From: an uncultured bacterium
GTDB lineage: Bacteria; CSSED10-310; CAZUFC01
Length of the DNA: 64,000 bases
Reading direction: 5' to 3'
Assembly (NCBI GenBank): GCA_964619725.1
Contig: CAZUFC010000001.1
Location: 128,001 to 192,000 of the forward strand
The notes beneath the pieces are model-generated. The model was not told the origin of the DNA, searched no databases, and saw only the letters and a list, made by a program, of their open reading frames with translations. Shown here one piece after another: positions 58,738 to 64,000 of this stretch. A program made the translations under genes and the position numbers. Within the stretch, counting starts at the first letter, position 1, and the number at the start of each line of letters is the position of its first letter.

Positions 58738-60255
58738 ATGCACAGCCCAATTCTTTATCGGTTAGGAGTGCTGCTCATTCTTACGGCGCTCATATTCACA
58801 GTTGAACCCCAAATTGCAAAAGCAAGCATTACGATTGATTCTTTTGAGACGAGTCAATCATTGACTGCTGAAGGGGATATTCCGCCGGACAATGTCGAAT
58901 ACGGAACCGTGATTGGAGCGGACATTGCCGGAACGGAACGAGATGCTTACATAGAAATCACCGAAGGCGTCAATTACTTGACATTGAAGTCAAACGACGG
59001 GGGAAACGGATTGCTGGCCCACAGCCAGGAAACCGGCGTAAAAGGCATTTCATTGCTTGTTTGGGACGGCCCGGACGGAGACCCTTTGTCCATCGACTAT
59101 ACAGGCCTCGGCGGTATGGACCTGACTTCCGCCGGCGTTATGGACCATGTCAAGATTCTCGTTTATGAAGAGGACTGGCCGGCAGACATCGTTTTTTCCG
59201 TGTATTCCGATGCCGGCAACTGGTCAAGCTATGAACTTAATTTACCCGGTTTGATTGAAGCGCCGGGCATTTCTTTTTACTTGCCCTTCACCGACTTTAC
59301 GGTCCAGGCCGGCACCGGAGCAGACTTCACAAATGTCGGCGCCCTTTCCATGGAAATTGTCGGACACCACGTTTCAACTGACCTTCGGATACAATCCGTT
59401 GAAGCCGTTACAGCTTCCATAGGGGATTATGTGTGGTTCGACGAGGACATGGAGGGCGACCAGGATGAAGACCCGGCGCTCTTCGGCCTGAATGACGTCG
59501 TTATTGAATTATACGAAGATGAAAATTGCGACGGCATTATCGATCCAGAAGATGACCTGTTGGCGACTCATACTACCCAAATCGACCCGCTTACCGGTTT
59601 GCCCGGATGGTACCTGTTCAACGGTCTCCAAAACGGATGCTATGTCGTCAATGTCGATGAATCTTCCCTGCCGGACGGTTTCGTCCTTACCACAAATAAT
59701 GAACCCCATCCGGTCAATCTAGCGATCGGACAAAATTATACGGATGCGGATTTCGGCTATTGGATGCCTCCGCAAGCCTCCCCTACTCCCGTCGTTACGC
59801 CTACTCCAGCGCCATGCGAACCCAGAACGCCCGGTTATTGGAAAGTCCAGTGCAGAAAACATCAGCATGAAAATCCAGAACCCTACTTCCCCATTATCAG
59901 AGAAGCATCCGCCATCTTCGACGAAATCGGCGATGCCTCCTGCGATACCGTAATGAGCAATCCTCACGGCATGATGCAAAAAGCCCTCTGGCACTCTCTC
60001 TCAACTTGGCTGAATATCTCTTCAGGAAAACTCTCTATGGACACTCCCGTCGACTTCCCGCAATTAACCGCTGCCGTCAATGTAGGCCAGGCTATCGAAG
60101 AAATTGAAATGCTTATACTCGCAGAACAGGAACTGGAAAGAGCAAAGGATATCGCAGATGCAATCAATAACGGTTGGGCTTTGGATTGTAATGACGATCC
60201 GCTTCCCGATTCCGGCAAGTCAGGCTTATCCCATTTTTCTTTGCTTAAAAAATAA
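58738..60255 (+). CDS. Secreted surface protein with an SdrD-B-like domain, PT linker and TPGYW C-terminal domain
   Basis: Signal peptide; SIGDYVWFD...G.Y.F..L..G.Y...DADFGY; RBS GGAGG. Confidence 0.8.
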   Translation: MHSPILYRLGVLLILTALIFTVEPQIAKASITIDSFETSQSLTAEGDIPPDNVEYGTVIGADIAGTERDAYIEITEGVNYLTLKSNDGGNGLLAHSQETGVKGISLLVWDGPDGDPLSIDYTGLGGMDLTSAGVMDHVKILVYEEDWPADIVFSVYSDAGNWSSYELNLPGLIEAPGISFYLPFTDFTVQAGTGADFTNVGALSMEIVGHHVSTDLRIQSVEAVTASIGDYVWFDEDMEGDQDEDPALFGLNDVVIELYEDENCDGIIDPEDDLLATHTTQIDPLTGLPGWYLFNGLQNGCYVVNVDESSLPDGFVLTTNNEPHPVNLAIGQNYTDADFGYWMPPQASPTPVVTPTPAPCEPRTPGYWKVQCRKHQHENPEPYFPIIREASAIFDEIGDASCDTVMSNPHGMMQKALWHSLSTWLNISSGKLSMDTPVDFPQLTAAVNVGQAIEEIEMLILAEQELERAKDIADAINNGWALDCNDDPLPDSGKSGLSHFSLLKK

Positions 60256-60335
60256 TACTCTACTCTGAGCGCATTTCGGCTGCTTTCCTGAAAAATATAT
60301 CAGGAAAAAAACCGACTTCGTCGCTCCTTTCATTT

Positions 60336-60389
60336 CAGCGCCTCTCCATAACGTTTCTTCTCATAAATTAACGTTCTGGAGAGGCGTTG
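60336..60389. terminator. Long imperfect hairpin between the two surface-protein genes
   Basis: CAGCGCCTCTCCA...TGGAGAGGCGTTG. Confidence 0.45.
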
Positions 60390-60604
60390 AGTCGTTTAGT
60401 CGTTTCTTGATTCATTTATTTCTTTTAAAATTTTAAACGTGGATCAAAATAGGACAAATGTTTTTCAGGAGTTGTCATAAAATCGCGCGAAAAGCATAAT
60501 GAAATAAAGGTTCATTAGGGTTATTTGATGCGCAAGCGAGTATTAAGCGTGTGATAAACCTTGGAGATTAAGACTTAGAAATGAATTATAGTAAGACATT
60601 GAAC

Positions 60605-60622
60605 TCGGCATGAAGATTGCTT
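60605..60622 (+). promoter_or_regulatory. Putative sigma-54 promoter
   Basis: TCGGCATGAAGATTGCTT: GG-N10-GC; nearly the same as the 11658 motif. Confidence 0.6.
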
Positions 60623-60750
60623 CTGTGTGAATGAAGCGGGAACTTTATTACAAAACGTTCCAATTGCAAACTGATTGGGAAGCAAGGGAATCCGGAAGAC
60701 TTTGCGAATCAATCAATGAAATCAAGTTAATCAAAAAGGAGGAGGAAGTT

Positions 60751-62373
60751 TTGAAGAAAGTATTCAAGAATCTGTTAATTTTATCGGTGATGGCTGTTTT
60801 TGTCGGAACGGTTCATGGTGAAGCCTCTTTATGGTTGTTTCCTGACAGCGCCTTACCCGGAGCGCTGACGGACGATTACAATCAGGATCCGACTTACGTG
60901 GGAGCGGATCAGGATCCGTGGTTGTCTGAGAGTTATGTAATCAGTGAGGATGGATTCATATTAGATGTATATAATCACGGACGGGGAGCAGGCGACAACA
61001 CGGCGTATAGCGTGCAGCTTATTGTAGCTGTTGAGGCGTTGGAAGAGTTTTACAGCGCGACGATAGACGGCGTGTCGTTGACGCCGGCATCATTCACATA
61101 CGGAACGCCGTCGTATTCATGCAGCGGCCGCAACATACCTTATCACGGAGTTTTTCCGACTTATAACACGACGATTGATTTAGGAGACATAGCCCAGGAT
61201 GAGATACGCCAGGTGAGTGTAGAGGTAAGCGGGACGGAGAATTTGCGTGTACATTTTGATGCTTACGGCGAGGGATATACGACTCGAACCAGGGGCAAGA
61301 AAATCACGACGAGATGTTATGATGTGTTCAACCCGTTTTCCCATGATGTAACTTTGCTGGGCACGGGGGGGCAGGAGCCGACGCCTGTTCCCTGCGTATA
61401 TGATCTTGACATAGTCAAAACGGGTCCAGCGAGCATTTCAGCAGGTGAGACGATCATATATACGATTGACTATTCCAGCGGCGAATCCACATGCGATCAG
61501 AATAATGTGGTGATAACGGATACATTACCGACATTTTCGATAGCAGGAATGACGTTGCCGGCTCTTCATGTAGTATCGACTGTTTGCACTTGCGGAACAG
61601 ATGTTTGTACAGCATCCGACGATGATCTGAGTATAAATTGCAACATCGGCGTATTGGCTGTGGGCGATTATGGTACAGTCACTGTAGAAGCCGTTGTGAG
61701 TCCTTTGATTCCCGGCGGGACCGTATTGACGAACGGAGTTTGCATCGACAGCGCTGAAGCGGACGAGGTCTGCGATTATGTCGACACGACTGTGGAGCTG
61801 CCGCCTCCGCCTCAGAATGATGCCGGCAATGATATAGGAACTCCCGGATTCTGGTGCAATCAGCTTCAACGTTCGCAGGCATGCGCCGATAGTCCGGATT
61901 TATGTTGCGTCCCCAACGGCGACCCCGGACTCTGCAGCAGCGACGGTTATCAGAAATTCAGTTACAATGAGGTCACGACCTGGTTGACCATGATACAGTG
62001 GTTTTCACGAGTGTTTGATGAGTTGGGTTTCGGCGTGAATCTGGGCGATGCGATAACTTTGATCTGCGGAAGCGATTCCGATCCTACAGTGATGTCCATT
62101 AAATTACAGCGCCATTTGCTGACTTTATGGTACAATCTCACTTCCAATCAGGTTTATTCGGGAACGACCCTTGGTTCACTCTGCGGATACGGACTCCCTT
62201 CCTGCGCTTCAAGCATAGGCGTTGATTTGGATTGGACGGTCGGCGACGTAATGGTTACTGCCGAAAGTGCACTTCTCGCTCCCGATGACGATATAACATT
62301 AGAATGCTGGAAAAACGTTATCGATGCGATTAATAACGCTCAGGCTCCCGGCGCCGGCGATTGTCCGTTATAA
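60751..62373 (+). CDS. Secreted Cys-rich surface protein: choice-of-anchor N-like domain, DUF11 domain and TPGFW C-terminal domain
   Basis: TTG start after AGGAGGAGG; signal peptide; HGVFPT, VHFDAY, PFSHD; DUF11 DL.IVK.G...YTI...NVVITDTLP. Confidence 0.75.
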   Translation: MKKVFKNLLILSVMAVFVGTVHGEASLWLFPDSALPGALTDDYNQDPTYVGADQDPWLSESYVISEDGFILDVYNHGRGAGDNTAYSVQLIVAVEALEEFYSATIDGVSLTPASFTYGTPSYSCSGRNIPYHGVFPTYNTTIDLGDIAQDEIRQVSVEVSGTENLRVHFDAYGEGYTTRTRGKKITTRCYDVFNPFSHDVTLLGTGGQEPTPVPCVYDLDIVKTGPASISAGETIIYTIDYSSGESTCDQNNVVITDTLPTFSIAGMTLPALHVVSTVCTCGTDVCTASDDDLSINCNIGVLAVGDYGTVTVEAVVSPLIPGGTVLTNGVCIDSAEADEVCDYVDTTVELPPPPQNDAGNDIGTPGFWCNQLQRSQACADSPDLCCVPNGDPGLCSSDGYQKFSYNEVTTWLTMIQWFSRVFDELGFGVNLGDAITLICGSDSDPTVMSIKLQRHLLTLWYNLTSNQVYSGTTLGSLCGYGLPSCASSIGVDLDWTVGDVMVTAESALLAPDDDITLECWKNVIDAINNAQAPGAGDCPL

Positions 62374-62425
62374 ACAAAAACGGACCGTCAATTAAAACCA
62401 ATTTAATATAAACAGCAGCTTCCGG

Positions 62426-62462
62426 AAAAAGCGCTTCTCGTTAACCGAGAGGCGCTTTTTTT
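62426..62462. terminator. Bidirectional rho-independent terminator
   Basis: AAAAAGCGCTTCTCG-TTAAC-CGAGAGGCGCTTTTTTT between convergent genes. Confidence 0.85.
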
Positions 62463-62537
62463 GCTGGGCAGTCTCTTTTGGATTGATCCAACAATTTGAA
62501 ATGCATGTTTATCTTTCTAAAAACCCGCATATGACGG

Positions 62538-63302
62538 TCAAAATACTATCAATGCGCTGAAATTCAAAATATCCAATAAAGCAGCCGCCAAAGCAGCATT
62601 CAATTCCCACTCGCAACCGAACGATTCATGCAGTCTTTTTATTTGAGCATCCCTGGTCCAGAACGGACAGTCCAAAATATCCTCCAGGCTATCTTTTTTG
62701 AATATTTCATTCAGGATCGCTTCGGAGTTTTCATGGTTTAACTCGGGGAATTTTTTTCTGATGTGAGCGCCCGGTAAAATGATGAGGAAAACGGAATGGC
62801 GTTTGAAATTTTCCGGGAAACCGAACAGGGACAAACGTCCTGATGGAAATCTCTTAACTGTCAAATTTTCTTCTGAAAGCGGCAGTCCCGATAGATTTAT
62901 CACATCGAGCACAGCGGTTTCCATTTCAGCCGTCGCAGGGGCTTTACGTAAGACAGCGACGGGGGCCTGGAAAATTTGCGAAGGTGAAAGATGCTTGCTC
63001 CGCAGAAATTCCTGGATTCTTTCCAATCGCGTGTGACGATCGTACCTTTTCATGAGTTTTCTCTTTAGCGGATTTATATCGTAATTTTGAACTGAATACA
63101 GGGCGGTATCAGGCAATCTTACAGAAGCATGGATTTTCATGCAGCGATCGCAATGGAAAAGATGCTTCAATTGATTATCGGCGAGTTCCTCGAATGATTT
63201 TCCGAGAATCTCTTTCGAAAGGCAATTTTCATGATCATTATCAGAAATGTCATAACTCTGAAACAGTGTTTTCAAAATATCCACGAATTGTTCGTCGTTC
63301 AC
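62538..63302 (-). CDS. Hypothetical protein with a ZAS-like zinc motif
   Basis: H/C in HENCL, then HLFHCDRC (HxxxCxxC); GTG start after GAGGG. Confidence 0.55.
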   Translation of the reverse strand: MNDEQFVDILKTLFQSYDISDNDHENCLSKEILGKSFEELADNQLKHLFHCDRCMKIHASVRLPDTALYSVQNYDINPLKRKLMKRYDRHTRLERIQEFLRSKHLSPSQIFQAPVAVLRKAPATAEMETAVLDVINLSGLPLSEENLTVKRFPSGRLSLFGFPENFKRHSVFLIILPGAHIRKKFPELNHENSEAILNEIFKKDSLEDILDCPFWTRDAQIKRLHESFGCEWELNAALAAALLDILNFSALIVF

Positions 63303-63467
63303 GATGTTACCCTCATTCTCATGAAAAAGAAAAGTTCCGGTCTGCATTTAGTTTCATCGGCAGCGCGCTTATCACGATTATCGCCTCCTATAATTAAACA
63401 ATTCAAGGATTATTTTTGCACATAATTTTCTCATATTCAGAAAATATCGAATAAAAATGAAGAAAAC

Positions 63468-64000
63468 TCATTCGCCCCAACCGAATGTCCAGGAATCCAT
63501 GATGCCTCGCACGTCTGTAATTTCATAATTTGTAAAGGCGGCGAACCACATGATATTTCGTGCCGATCCGGCATTTTCCGGCCAGAGGAATTCTTCCACG
63601 ACGGTAAATCCACCCGTTCCGGGGGTAAGGTCGATTTCATAATAATTAAATTCAGAAAAATCAGGAGCGAAATAATATTCTCCGAATACTTCCAGAACGA
63701 CGAAAAGAGGAATATTTTCATACTGAATCTGATTGGGATTTTCAAAGAAAACGTTGCAGGAGCAGACGTCATTCGGATAATAGAAATTGGAGGGCATCCA
63801 GAGCATTACAGAAACGGGTTCTGTTTGGGGCGTAGGCGAAGGCGGCACCGGAGTGTCCGTGCCTGGTACGGTTGACGGCGATATGCAAGGGGTAAAAGTT
63901 TCCGAATGTGAGGGAGCAGGAGTGGAACTAGCAATTAAAGTAGATGTCGGAGAGGGAGTCGGTGATGGGGGAGAAGTCGGCGTAATGCTGGGCAGGGGCG
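63468..64000 (-). CDS. C-terminus of a protein with a Pro/Thr linker and the shared C-terminal domain; 5'-partial
   Basis: PT-rich frame runs to the window edge, then ENP...EVFGEYYFAP...FLWPE...FGWGE*. Confidence 0.85.
   Translation of the reverse strand, partial: PLPSITPTSPPSPTPSPTSTLIASSTPAPSHSETFTPCISPSTVPGTDTPVPPSPTPQTEPVSVMLWMPSNFYYPNDVCSCNVFFENPNQIQYENIPLFVVLEVFGEYYFAPDFSEFNYYEIDLTPGTGGFTVVEEFLWPENAGSARNIMWFAAFTNYEITDVRGIMDSWTFGWGE

Overview
Chromosomal window from an anaerobic, diderm bacterium (LptD present), probably an uncultured lineage. I found no rRNA, tRNA, CRISPR array, prophage or intact transposase. 2.8-17.8 kb is an energy-metabolism cluster. It holds an atypical rnfCDGEAB operon (RnfC lacks its usual FMN/NADH motifs; RnfB is fused to a GltD/NfnB-like flavoprotein), a heme-c-motif sensor kinase, two tandem receiver-GcvH-like fusion genes behind a sigma-54 promoter, and a group 3b [NiFe] hydrogenase with its maturation protease. 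22.8-41.5 kb is mostly envelope and glycan genes: a methyltransferase with a coiled coil, two GT-C-like proteins, trxA-accD-lptD, rmlACBD, two GDP-sugar SDR enzymes and an orphan DNA methyltransferase. Several secreted proteins have Pro/Thr linkers. Three unrelated ones end in the same ~120-aa domain (NP...VxGxYxxxP...FxWPE...FG[YW]), a candidate lineage-specific sorting/anchoring signal. Two others share a second C-terminal domain (TPG[YF]W...DAINN). Non-coding signals include three sigma-54 motifs, a Rex/CRP-like palindrome before rnf, a dispersed ~45-nt repeat, a GGA/Shine-Dalgarno-rich terminated segment after a sigma factor gene, and an apparent kb-scale alternation of GC skew. All calls come from motif recognition by eye; no searches were run.
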